Source: Gulosibacter sp. 10 (GTDB taxonomy: Bacteria > Actinomycetota > Actinomycetes > Actinomycetales > Microbacteriaceae). From it: a stretch of 64,000 nt of DNA. A model generated the notes under the pieces. It had not been told where the DNA came from. It worked only from the letters and a program-made list of their open reading frames with translations, and ran no database searches. Below, in pieces: positions 38,864 to 47,596 of the stretch (its first letter is position 1; each line of letters begins with the position of its first letter). The position numbers and the translations under genes are program-made. The stretch covers positions 30,807-94,806 of the forward strand of contig NZ_FUIC01000027.1 in NCBI RefSeq assembly GCF_900163695.1. Direction: 5' to 3'.

Positions 38864-40068
38864 GAGGAACGAGTGTATGCGCGATCCCCGTCGGGCATGG
38901 CGAGCCGCAGCACGAGCGCGGCGAACGGCACGAGCGCGATGATGCTCAGTGCGATCGGCAGGGTGAACAGGTCGCCGAGCCCGGCGATCGAGGGGGTCAG
39001 CGCGATCAGCCCGAGCCGCATCGTCCAGGCCACGAGCGTGACGCCCGTGTGCTCGCGGATGCCCGGCACGGCGTCCGCCTTCGCGAAGGCGAGGGGGACG
39101 GTCACGGCGCTGCTGCACCCCGCGATCGCGAAGCCGACGAGCGTGAGCGCCGCGTCGGGCGCCCAGGCCACGAGGCCCACGCCGAGGAGGATGCCGATGA
39201 GGCTCGCGACGATCGTGCGGTTCGCGCCGAAGGCGTTGATGACGGCGTCGCCGAGCAGCCGGCCCGCGAACTGGGCGGCGAGCAGCACGGTGAGCCCGAT
39301 GCCCGCCGAGGCGGGCTCGATGCCGCGCTCGCCGCTCAGCAGCACCGCGGACCAGTTGTTGCCGATGTCCTCGACGGTGATGCCCGCGATCGCGACCAGC
39401 GACAGCGGGATGAGGAACCGCCACGCCGAGGCGGGCACCCTGCCGGGCCGCTCCTCGTCCTCGCCCCGATCGGCGGGGATGAAGGCGGTGCCGGCGATCG
39501 CGACGGTCGCCGTGAGGAAGGCGCCCCACACGAGCAGGTGGAGGACGAGCGGCACGCCGAGCGTGGCCGCGAGGGTGCCGACCGCGCCGCCCGCGGCGGC
39601 GCCGATGCTCCAGCCCGCGTGCATCGAGGTGAGCACGGATCGCCCCAGCTCCTCCTGGACGCGGAGCCCCTGCGCGTTCTGGGCGACGTCGACGGTCGAG
39701 TCGAGGAATCCGGCGAGGAGGAGGCCGAGGACGAAGACCCAGAGCTGCAGCGTCAGGACGCCCACGGCCGCGAGGACGAAGGCGAGGGCGATGCCGCCGG
39801 TGCCGAGCACCGTCACGGCGCGCGCCCCGAACCGCCGCAGCAGGACGCCGGGGAGGTGGAGGACGGCGGCCATGCCGATCGTTGTCGCCACCACGACGAG
39901 GCCGAACGCGCCCGTCGTGAGCCCGAACGTCTCCTTGACCTCCGCGTAGCGGGCGAGCAGGGTCGCGGGCATGGCGCCGTTCACCATGAACGCGGCGGTT
40001 GCGCCGATCCGCGCCCGCCGAAGGGTCCTCGTGTTCCCGTCCGATGCCATCAGCACAGGGAAGCACAC
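38860..40068 (-). CDS. MFS transporter
   Basis: 402 aa, 12-TM profile. Its stop abuts the uvrA-paralog start. Alternative start at 40050. Confidence 0.75.
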   Translation of the reverse strand: MCFPVLMASDGNTRTLRRARIGATAAFMVNGAMPATLLARYAEVKETFGLTTGAFGLVVVATTIGMAAVLHLPGVLLRRFGARAVTVLGTGGIALAFVLAAVGVLTLQLWVFVLGLLLAGFLDSTVDVAQNAQGLRVQEELGRSVLTSMHAGWSIGAAAGGAVGTLAATLGVPLVLHLLVWGAFLTATVAIAGTAFIPADRGEDEERPGRVPASAWRFLIPLSLVAIAGITVEDIGNNWSAVLLSGERGIEPASAGIGLTVLLAAQFAGRLLGDAVINAFGANRTIVASLIGILLGVGLVAWAPDAALTLVGFAIAGCSSAVTVPLAFAKADAVPGIREHTGVTLVAWTMRLGLIALTPSIAGLGDLFTLPIALSIIALVPFAALVLRLAMPDGDRAYTRSS

Positions 40069-40152
40069 GTCGCGGCGCGAAGAAAACCGACGGCCGGTCC
40101 GGCGCGCCTCCGAGGAGGGGCGCCGGACCGGCCGGTTGGGACGCCTTCCGAG

Positions 40153-42039
40153 CTAGTAGCGCTTGAAGGGCTTCCGCCCGCCGCCGTCCCAGTCGTCGCG
40201 CCGGCCCCGTCCGCCGCGGTCATCGCGGTCGTAGCCGCCGCGTCCGCCGCGGTCGTAGCCGCCGCGGCCCCGGCGGTCGTCGCGGTCGTAGCCGCCGCGG
40301 CCTCCCCGGTAGCCGCCGCGGTCGTCGTTCCGCCCGCCGCGCCCCCGGCCGCCCTTGTCCGGCTTGATGTCGATGTCGCGCCCGCCGACCTGCGTGTTCC
40401 GCAGCCGGTCGAGCACCGACCGGTCGAGGTTCTCGGGCAGCTCGACGATCGAGAAGCTCGGGAAGATCTTGATCGAGCCGATCTGCTCGCGCGAGAGGCC
40501 GCCCTCGTTCGCCAGGGCGCCGACGATGCGGCCCGGCATCGCGCCGTCGCGCTTGCCGACCTCGATGCGGTAGCCCGTCAGGCCCTCGGAGCTCCGCTCG
40601 CGGCGGGGCCCGCGCTCGCGGTCCTCGCCGCGGCGCTCGCCCCGGCCCGAGGTCCGCAGCTCGTCCTTCTGGGGGTCGAGCAGCAGGCGGTCCTCGCCCT
40701 GGCCGACCACCGCGAGGGCGGCGGCGACGTCGAGCTCGGGCACGTCGTGGTGGCGCACGTAGTGGTCGATGATGTCGCGGAAGGCGGAGACGCGCTCGGT
40801 CTGCTCGAGCGCCTTGGTGATCTCGTCGTCGAACCTGGTGAGCCGCGTCTCGTTGATGTCTGCGACCGAGGGCAGCTGCACCTCGGTCATGGGCTGCCGG
40901 GTGGTGCGCTCGATGTGGTTGAGCAGGCGCCGCTCGCGCGGGGTGACGAAGCTGATGGCGATGCCCGAACGGCCCGCGCGGCCCGTGCGGCCGATGCGGT
41001 GCACGTAGGACTCCGGGTCGGTGGGGATGTCGAAGTTCACGACGTGCGTGATGCGCTCCACGTCGAGGCCGCGCGCCGCGACGTCGGTGGCGACGAGCAC
41101 GTCGAGCCGGCCCGACTTGAGATTGTCGACGAGCCGCTCGCGCTGGGCCTGCGGCACGTCGCCGTTGAGCGATCCCGCAGAGAACCCGCGGGCGCGGAGC
41201 TTCTCGGCGAGCTGCTCCGTCTCGCTCTTGGTGCGCACGAAGACGATCATGCCCTCGAACTCCTCGACCTCGAAGATGCGCGTGAGGGCGTCGACCTTCT
41301 GCTGGTAGGAGACGATCAGGTAGCGCTGCTCGATGTTCGAGGAGGTGGTGGTCTTCGACTTGACCGTGATCTCGGCGGCGTCGTTGAGGTACTTCTGCGA
41401 GATGCGGCGGATCTGCGGCGGCATGGTGGCGGAGAACAGGGCGACCTGCTTCTCGGCGGGCGTGTCCGCGAGGATGGTCTCGACGTCCTCCGCGAAGCCC
41501 ATCTTCAGCATCTCGTCGGCCTCGTCGAGCACGAGGAAGCGGAGCTGGGTGAGGTCGAGGGTGCCCCGCTTGAGGTGGTCCATGATGCGGCCGGGCGTGC
41601 CGACCACGACATCCACGCCGCGGCGCAGGGCCGAGAGCTGGCCGCCGTAGGCCTGGCCGCCGTAGATGGGCAGCAGGCGGACGTCGGGGAGCTTTGACGC
41701 GAAGCTCTCGAACGCCTCCGCCACCTGCAGCGCGAGCTCTCGGGTCGGGGAGAGCACGAGCGCCTGCGGCGCGCGCTGGCCGGGCTCGATGCGAGAGAGC
41801 ACGGGCAGCGCGAACGCGGCGGTCTTGCCGGTGCCGGTCTGCGCGAGGCCGACGACATCCCGGCCCTCGAGGAGGGTCGGGATGGTCGCCGCCTGGATGG
41901 GGGACGGGCGCTCGTAGCCGATCGCGCTGATCGCTTCGAGCACGGGTGCGCTCAAGCCGAGTTCTGCGAATTTGGGGGTGGCATCGGGCGCCTCGGAGGC
42001 GGAACCGTTCGTTTCGGGGCCATTGGAATGAGGCGTCAT
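40153..42039 (-). CDS. DEAD-box ATP-dependent RNA helicase (DeaD/CsdA-like) with DbpA-type RNA-binding domain and RGG/RGGY-repeat C-terminal tail
   Basis: Start at Met index 112 (MTPHSNG...). The upstream part of the track ORF is junk. Q-motif, Walker A AQTGTGKT, DEAD (VLDEADEM), SAT and HRIGRTGRAG motifs. Low-complexity Arg/Gly/Tyr tail. Confidence 0.85.
   Translation of the reverse strand: MTPHSNGPETNGSASEAPDATPKFAELGLSAPVLEAISAIGYERPSPIQAATIPTLLEGRDVVGLAQTGTGKTAAFALPVLSRIEPGQRAPQALVLSPTRELALQVAEAFESFASKLPDVRLLPIYGGQAYGGQLSALRRGVDVVVGTPGRIMDHLKRGTLDLTQLRFLVLDEADEMLKMGFAEDVETILADTPAEKQVALFSATMPPQIRRISQKYLNDAAEITVKSKTTTSSNIEQRYLIVSYQQKVDALTRIFEVEEFEGMIVFVRTKSETEQLAEKLRARGFSAGSLNGDVPQAQRERLVDNLKSGRLDVLVATDVAARGLDVERITHVVNFDIPTDPESYVHRIGRTGRAGRSGIAISFVTPRERRLLNHIERTTRQPMTEVQLPSVADINETRLTRFDDEITKALEQTERVSAFRDIIDHYVRHHDVPELDVAAALAVVGQGEDRLLLDPQKDELRTSGRGERRGEDRERGPRRERSSEGLTGYRIEVGKRDGAMPGRIVGALANEGGLSREQIGSIKIFPSFSIVELPENLDRSVLDRLRNTQVGGRDIDIKPDKGGRGRGGRNDDRGGYRGGRGGYDRDDRRGRGGYDRGGRGGYDRDDRGGRGRRDDWDGGGRKPFKRY
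40156..40330. repeat. tandem imperfect GC-rich repeats (about 17-24 nt unit, CGCGGTCGTAGCCGCCG-like) encoding the RGGY tail
   Basis: Repeated GTCGTAGCCGCCGCG units seen directly. In frame, encoding the GGYDR/GGRGG repeats. Confidence 0.5.
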
Positions 42040-42062
42040 GCCCTCAAGGCTACTCGCTCCGG

Positions 42063-43214
42063 CTACCCTTCGACCGCCGTTCGGAAGATCGAGGCCACCG
42101 GGGAGTCGTCCGGCAGATCCGCCCGGCGCACCGCGACGACGCGACCGCCGGTGCGCAGCACCCGCGCCGCGATCTCGTCGACGAGCCGGTAGGTGGTCGG
42201 CCCGGGCTCCGGGACCGGGAACACGGCGCCGAACTCGTCGATGACCCCCTCGTCGTTCGCCTCGATGTCGAACAGCAGCTCCTCCACCTGGCCGGCGCTG
42301 GCCGCCTTCGCCACCGCCTCGAGGTTCGAGCCGGCCCGGCGGTGCGCCTTCTGGGTGCCGAAGCGCTCGCACCACTCCGCGAGGCCGCGCCGGTACTCGC
42401 GGTCGAGGACGGCGCGGCCGCGCTGCTCGAGATCCGCGAGCGAGAGCGAGGCGGGGTTCGCCGAGATGCCCTCCTCGAGCAGCGCGCCGTAGCGGTTGAC
42501 CTGCCGGTACGCCGGATCGAGGTCGGCGGCCGCGGCGAGCACGAGCGGCACCGAGTCCTCGCCGATCTCGGCGAGCACCGCGTCCTGCACGATGGTGCAG
42601 TAGCGCCGCTGCTCGATCTTCGGTCCGAGCGTGCCGTCGGCCCGATGCCGGTCGAACCGTCCGGTGGTGACGGAGTTGCTCAGCACGTCCGAGGCGTCCT
42701 CGGGGAGCGAGCGCAGCTCGATGCTCCGGCTCGTCGCCGCCGAGTCGAGGTAGAGCAGCCGGACGTCGCCCTCGGTGACGGCGAGCACGTAGCCGGTGTG
42801 GGCGAAGCTCGAGGCGCGCACGAGCGGGCCGACGTCGAACCGGTCGCCGACGGCGGTGAGCGGCGCGAGGCGGTTCATCAGGCGGAAGGCGCGGATGCCC
42901 TCGGGCGAGGCGAAGACGGCGACGCTGCGAGCCTGGGTGCCCCAGAAGTCGCGATCGCCCTCGAGCTCCCGGATCCGCTCGGCGATCGCCTCGCGCTCGG
43001 GCTTGGGGATGTCGATCTCGGCGAGCTCCGCGAGCGCGGCGTTCGCGGCTGATCGGAGCGAGAGGCGCGCGGCCTCGGTGTCGTGGGCGATCGGGGGACG
43101 CTGGCCGTCGTCCTTCCCGTGCTCCGCGGCGCTCACGTAGATCGACACGCTCGCCACGTCGCGGTGCCTGGTCAGCTGGGCAAAGTCTTCTGCGGAAGGA
43201 ATATCGATGCTCAT
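42063..43214 (-). CDS. conserved hypothetical protein, possibly eRF1/Pelota-like (baeRF-type) fold
   Basis: 383 aa, normal composition. C-terminal segment AGQVEELLFDIEANDEGVIDE resembles the eRF1 domain-3 motif. Assignment is by weak pattern recall only. Confidence 0.45.
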   Translation of the reverse strand: MSIDIPSAEDFAQLTRHRDVASVSIYVSAAEHGKDDGQRPPIAHDTEAARLSLRSAANAALAELAEIDIPKPEREAIAERIRELEGDRDFWGTQARSVAVFASPEGIRAFRLMNRLAPLTAVGDRFDVGPLVRASSFAHTGYVLAVTEGDVRLLYLDSAATSRSIELRSLPEDASDVLSNSVTTGRFDRHRADGTLGPKIEQRRYCTIVQDAVLAEIGEDSVPLVLAAAADLDPAYRQVNRYGALLEEGISANPASLSLADLEQRGRAVLDREYRRGLAEWCERFGTQKAHRRAGSNLEAVAKAASAGQVEELLFDIEANDEGVIDEFGAVFPVPEPGPTTYRLVDEIAARVLRTGGRVVAVRRADLPDDSPVASIFRTAVEG

Positions 43215-43279
43215 CCCCGCAGGCTAGCCAGCGCCGATCAGAGCCGCCTCAACGCCGAGCGGGCGTGGCCCCGGGCGGA

Positions 43280-45805
43280 TCAGCGAGCGGGGCGCTTCAC
43301 GCCGCGGCGGGGCTCTGCGGCGAGCGGATCCTCGGGCCACGGATGCTTGGGGTAGCGGCCCCGCATCTCGGCTCGCACCTGGGCGTAGGGCCCGGCCCAG
43401 AACGACTCGAGATCGTCCGTGATCGCGACCGGCCTGCCCGCCGGGGAGAGCAGCTGGAGCAGCAGCGGGACGCGGCCGTCGACGAGCCGCGGGGTGCGGA
43501 GCCACCCGAAGCACTCCTGCAGCTTGACCCGCAGGACGGGCCGGGGCCGCTCGGTTCCCGGGTCCGGGTAGTCGACGCGGATGCGGGAACCGCTCGGCAC
43601 CTCGATGCGCTCCGGCGCGAGCTCGTCGAGGCGCGCGGCCTCGGGCCAGGGCAGGAGCCGTCGGAGGGCGCCGAGCACGTCGACGCGCCCGAGCGGGGCG
43701 CCGCGGGAGACGGCATCGAGCTCGGGGCCGAGCCACTCCTCGAGCCGCTTCCGCAGCCCGGCGTCGGAGACGTCCGGCCACGGCTCGCCCAGCTCGCCGC
43801 GCAGCAGCGCGAGGCGGTTGCGCAGCTGCACCGCCGCGGGCGGCCACGGCAGCATCGAGAGGCCGTCCCGTGCGAGGGCCTCGGCGAGCGCGGCCCGCGC
43901 CTGCGCGGGGCTCGGCGCGACCGGGGCGGCCGAGAGCTCGATCGCCCCCAGCCGGCGGATGCGCCGCGCACGGGCCTTCCCGTCCCGCCATCGGGTCTCC
44001 ACGCGCTCCTCGAGGAGGGGCCCGGCCAGCTCGATGGCGAGATCCGGGTCGATCGGGGCCGCGGCGCGGATGACCGCCCCGCCGGAGGGCCTCCTGCCGA
44101 GGTCGGCGATCGCGAGCCAGGGCTGGCCGCGAAGCGCGGCGTCCCGGGGGAGCGAGGCGCCGGTGCCGCCGGCGAGCAGGTAGTCCTCGGACCCCTCGCC
44201 GCGGGCCCGGGCGAGCCGCTCAGGATAGGCGAGCGCCGCGATGACGCCGAGCGCCGTGTCGTCCGAGGAGGGCGGGGCGGGGCGGCCGCCCGCAGCCCCC
44301 GCGATCCCGGCGAGCCGGTCGGCATCCCGCCGCCAGCGCCGGGCCTCGCGCGAGGAGCCGTCCCGGAGCCGGCGCAGCGCGGCCGCGAGGTCGGCGCCCG
44401 GCGCGCGCTCCGCGCTCTCGATCGCGGCGACCAGCTCACCCGCGCGCCGGGGCCCGAGCCGCTCGGCGCCGTCCAGCAGCGCCCGGGCGAGGCGGGGATG
44501 CGCCGGCACCTCGGCGAGCCGCCGGCCCCGGGCCGTGACCGCCACGCGCTCCCCGTCGAGCTCGATCGCGCCGAGCGAGCGGAGCGTCTCGTGGGCCAGC
44601 GCGAGCGCGCGCGGCTCCGGCGCATCGGGCAGCGCCATGCCCCGGCCGCCGGGGGCGCCCCAGACCGCGAGGGCCAGGGCGGCGGCCGTGAGGTCGCCGC
44701 TCAGCATCTCCGGGCGGGCCTCGCGGGGGAAGCCCGCCCACTCGTGCTCGGCGGCGCAGCGGATGGCGATCCCAGGGCCGAGCCGGGCGGCACGGCCCGC
44801 CCGCTGGTCGCCCGAGGCCTGCGAGACCGATTCGGTGACGAGCCCCGAGATATTGCGCTCGACGTCGAGCCGCGGCACCCGGGCGAGCCCCGAATCCACC
44901 ACCAGCCGGACATCGGGAACCGTCAGGGAGGACTCCGCCACCGAGGTCGCGACGATGGCGCGCCTCGGCCCGGGCGCGAGCGCGGCGTCCTGCTCCGCGC
45001 TCGAGAGCGAGCCCGTCAGCGGCAGCGCGTCGACGCCGAGGGCCCGCAGCTCGCGCACGACGGCGTCGACCTCGTAGCCGCCCGGCAAGAAGACGAGCAC
45101 CGAACCCGAATCCGAGGCGCGCATGGCCCCGGCGGCGGTGCGCGCCACGTGCGCGAGGAACTCGCGCGAGACGCCCCGCCGGTCGAGCCGCGCGCCGGCG
45201 AACGGCGCCCAGCGGATCTCGAGCGGATGCGGCGCGGCCGGCGCGCGGACCACGGGCGCCGCCTCGCCCGCCGCGCGCCCCAGCAGCGACGCCCAGCGGC
45301 CCGCGTCGAGCGTGGCCGACATCGCGAGGATCGCGAGATCCTCCCGCAGCGTCCCGACCTCCGCGAGCATGGCCGCCGCGAGATCCGTGTCGAGATGCCG
45401 CTCGTGCACCTCGTCGAGGACGACGGCGTCCACCCCCGGCAGCTCCGGATCCCGCAGCAGCCGGCGCAGCAGGATCCCGGAGGTCACGAACTCGATCCTC
45501 GTCGCCGGGCCCGCCCGGCGCTCGCCCCGGATCGAGTACCCGACCGCCTCGCCCACGCGGGTCCCCGCCAGCGCCGCGAGCCGGGAGGCGGCCGCGCGGG
45601 CCGCGATCCGCCGCGGCTGCGCCACCAGGACGCGACCGCGCGCGTTCGCGACCGCGGGCGGCACGATCGTCGTCTTGCCGGAGCCCGGCGGCGCCTCGAC
45701 CACCGCCCGGCCGCGATCGCGCACGGCCCGGTCGAGATCGGGGATCAGCCGCGCCGCGGGCAGCCCCGCCGCGATCGCCTCGAGATCGAACATGGCATCC
45801 AGCAT
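43280..45805 (-). CDS. hrpB: ATP-dependent helicase HrpB (DEAH-box)
   Basis: Walker A PPGSGKTT, DEVHER (DEAH) box, C-terminal HrpB-specific domain. Start ambiguous among 45793, 45805 and 45850. Confidence 0.85.
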   Translation of the reverse strand: MLDAMFDLEAIAAGLPAARLIPDLDRAVRDRGRAVVEAPPGSGKTTIVPPAVANARGRVLVAQPRRIAARAAASRLAALAGTRVGEAVGYSIRGERRAGPATRIEFVTSGILLRRLLRDPELPGVDAVVLDEVHERHLDTDLAAAMLAEVGTLREDLAILAMSATLDAGRWASLLGRAAGEAAPVVRAPAAPHPLEIRWAPFAGARLDRRGVSREFLAHVARTAAGAMRASDSGSVLVFLPGGYEVDAVVRELRALGVDALPLTGSLSSAEQDAALAPGPRRAIVATSVAESSLTVPDVRLVVDSGLARVPRLDVERNISGLVTESVSQASGDQRAGRAARLGPGIAIRCAAEHEWAGFPREARPEMLSGDLTAAALALAVWGAPGGRGMALPDAPEPRALALAHETLRSLGAIELDGERVAVTARGRRLAEVPAHPRLARALLDGAERLGPRRAGELVAAIESAERAPGADLAAALRRLRDGSSREARRWRRDADRLAGIAGAAGGRPAPPSSDDTALGVIAALAYPERLARARGEGSEDYLLAGGTGASLPRDAALRGQPWLAIADLGRRPSGGAVIRAAAPIDPDLAIELAGPLLEERVETRWRDGKARARRIRRLGAIELSAAPVAPSPAQARAALAEALARDGLSMLPWPPAAVQLRNRLALLRGELGEPWPDVSDAGLRKRLEEWLGPELDAVSRGAPLGRVDVLGALRRLLPWPEAARLDELAPERIEVPSGSRIRVDYPDPGTERPRPVLRVKLQECFGWLRTPRLVDGRVPLLLQLLSPAGRPVAITDDLESFWAGPYAQVRAEMRGRYPKHPWPEDPLAAEPRRGVKRPAR

Positions 45806-45962
45806 GCCACCGTCTGCGTCGCACGAGAGCCGGTCCGGCGCGCGCCGCATCCGACCGCGGCCGGATGCGGCGGGGGAGGCGGCTCGAGGATAATCGTCTC
45901 AGTTCATCCTCGGCCCAGGTCACATCGCGACGGAAGGCGATGCCGACCCGCCGGCACAACGC

Positions 45963-47453
45963 ATGAAAGGCCCATCGCCTATGGACTTCGTCCTGACACC
46001 CCTGCTGATCGTGGGCGGCATCGTCGCGCTCGTGATCATCGTCGTGATCGCGATCGTGTTCGCGATCATCACCCGCACCTGGTACCGCACCGCCGCAGCC
46101 GACGAGGCCCTCGTCATCACGGGCAAGGCCAAGCGCGGCGCCGAGTCCTCGAAGATCGACGTCGTCTCCGGCGGCGGCCTCTTCGTCAACCCCTTCACGC
46201 AGCGCTCCTCCAAGCTCTCGCTGCGCTCGCGGTCGATCGAGATCAAGCCCACCGCGCAGGCCGCGAACGGCGTGACCGTGGACGTCGAGGGCATCGCGCT
46301 CGTCAAGGTCGGCTCCAACCCCGACTACATCCGCCGGGCCGCCGAGCGATTCCTCTCGCAGGACCGCGCCATCGAGGCCTTCACCACCGAGGTGCTCGAG
46401 GGCGCCCTGCGCGGTGTGGTCGCCACGCTGACCGTCGAGACGCTCATGAAGGACCGCAAGGCCCTCGCGGCGCAGATCGCGGAGGGCATCGAGGGCGACC
46501 TCGAGCGCCAGGGCCTCGTGCTCGACTCCTTCCAGATCCTCGGCATCACCGATCAGGGCGGCTACATCGAGGCGCTCGGCGCGCAGGAGCTCCAGCGCGT
46601 GCACCGGGAGGCCGACACCGCGCGGATCGACGCCGAGCGCGCGGTCGCCAAGCGCCAGATCGAGACGAACACCGAGACGCTCGGCGAGCGTACGGCGTTC
46701 CAGGAGTCCGAGGCCGCCGCGAAGGCGAAGGTCGGCCGCGCGAACGCCGAGGCCGAGCAGGCGGAGGCCCTCCGCCGCGCCGAGCTGCAGCAGGCGGTGC
46801 TCGAGCAGGAGGCGAACAACAAGCAGTCCGAGCTCGACGCCGAGGTGAAGAAGGTCGCCGACGCGAACCTGTACGACCAGGAGCGGAAGGCCGACGCGCG
46901 CGCCTACCAGGAGTCGAAGGAGGCCGAGACCCGCAAGAAGGTCGCGGACGCCGATGCGCAGGCGCGCACCACGGCGGCCCGCGCGGAGGCCGCGGCCCGC
47001 ACCACGCACGCCGAGGCCGAGGCGGCCGCGAGACGAGCCGAGGCGGATGCCGAGGCCCACGCCCGCCGCGTGCAGGCCGAGGCCGAGGCCGAGGCGATCC
47101 GTCAGGCCGGCGAGGCCGAGGCCGCGTCGCAGCTCGCGATCGGCGAGGCGATCGAGAAGCACGAGCAGGCGCTCATCACCCAGAAGCTCATCGACCAGCT
47201 CGTGCCGATGGTCGCGGAGTTCGCCAAGGCGCAGACCGCGATCGGCGGCTACACGGTGATCTCGGCCGAGGGCGCGGCGGAGCACCAGGCCGCGCAGTCG
47301 GCGGCGACGCTCAAGGCCCCGTTCGACGCGATCAACGCCGCGACGGGCATCGACCTCGGCGCGCTCATCCAGTCGGGCGTGCAGGGAGAGCGCACCGGCT
47401 CGGCCCTCGCCGAGGGGATGCGCCGGCGCGAGTCCGCGGAGCCGCAGGAGTAG
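45963..47453 (+). CDS. flotillin-family (SPFH) membrane protein
   Basis: 496 aa. N-terminal TM segment, SPFH domain, long Ala/Glu-rich coiled-coil (EA repeats), flotillin-like C-terminus. Alternative start at 45981 with a GAAAGG RBS. Confidence 0.8.
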   Translation: MKGPSPMDFVLTPLLIVGGIVALVIIVVIAIVFAIITRTWYRTAAADEALVITGKAKRGAESSKIDVVSGGGLFVNPFTQRSSKLSLRSRSIEIKPTAQAANGVTVDVEGIALVKVGSNPDYIRRAAERFLSQDRAIEAFTTEVLEGALRGVVATLTVETLMKDRKALAAQIAEGIEGDLERQGLVLDSFQILGITDQGGYIEALGAQELQRVHREADTARIDAERAVAKRQIETNTETLGERTAFQESEAAAKAKVGRANAEAEQAEALRRAELQQAVLEQEANNKQSELDAEVKKVADANLYDQERKADARAYQESKEAETRKKVADADAQARTTAARAEAAARTTHAEAEAAARRAEADAEAHARRVQAEAEAEAIRQAGEAEAASQLAIGEAIEKHEQALITQKLIDQLVPMVAEFAKAQTAIGGYTVISAEGAAEHQAAQSAATLKAPFDAINAATGIDLGALIQSGVQGERTGSALAEGMRRRESAEPQE

Positions 47454-47487
47454 GCGCTGCGGCGGGTCGCGCGGCGACACGCGTGCG

Positions 47488-47517
47488 GAGGGGTCCGGCC
47501 GGTCGGCCGGGCCCCTC
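47488..47517 (+). terminator. GC-rich hairpin (GAGGGGTCCGGCC-GGTC-GGCCGGGCCCCTC) downstream of the flotillin gene
   Basis: 13-bp stem with one mismatch, seen directly, 35 nt after the stop. No U-tract, so function as a terminator is uncertain. Confidence 0.35.
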
Positions 47518-47519
47518 CG

Positions 47520-47596
47520 TGCATACTGGCAGGCAGCCCGCCGGGCTGGGCGCCGATGCCTTCCTGCTCGGGCCCTTCCATGCATACTGGCAGGCA
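47520..47596. repeat. two direct copies of TGCATACTGGCAGGCA (about 22 bp with flanks) 45 bp apart, the second ending at the ATG of the downstream esterase gene
   Basis: Copies at 47520-47535 and 47581-47596, seen directly. Flanks CCTCCG / CCTTCCA are also similar. Confidence 0.5.

Noticed and set aside
36432-40066. 1145-aa +ORF (36512..39949), 640-aa -ORF and the 1193-aa -ORF N-terminal extension over the uvrA paralog/MFS
   Set aside because: Antisense or alternate-frame. The UvrA-like and MFS proteins are delimited by clear starts (MSDTSVHIADSH...; MFS hydrophobic profile).
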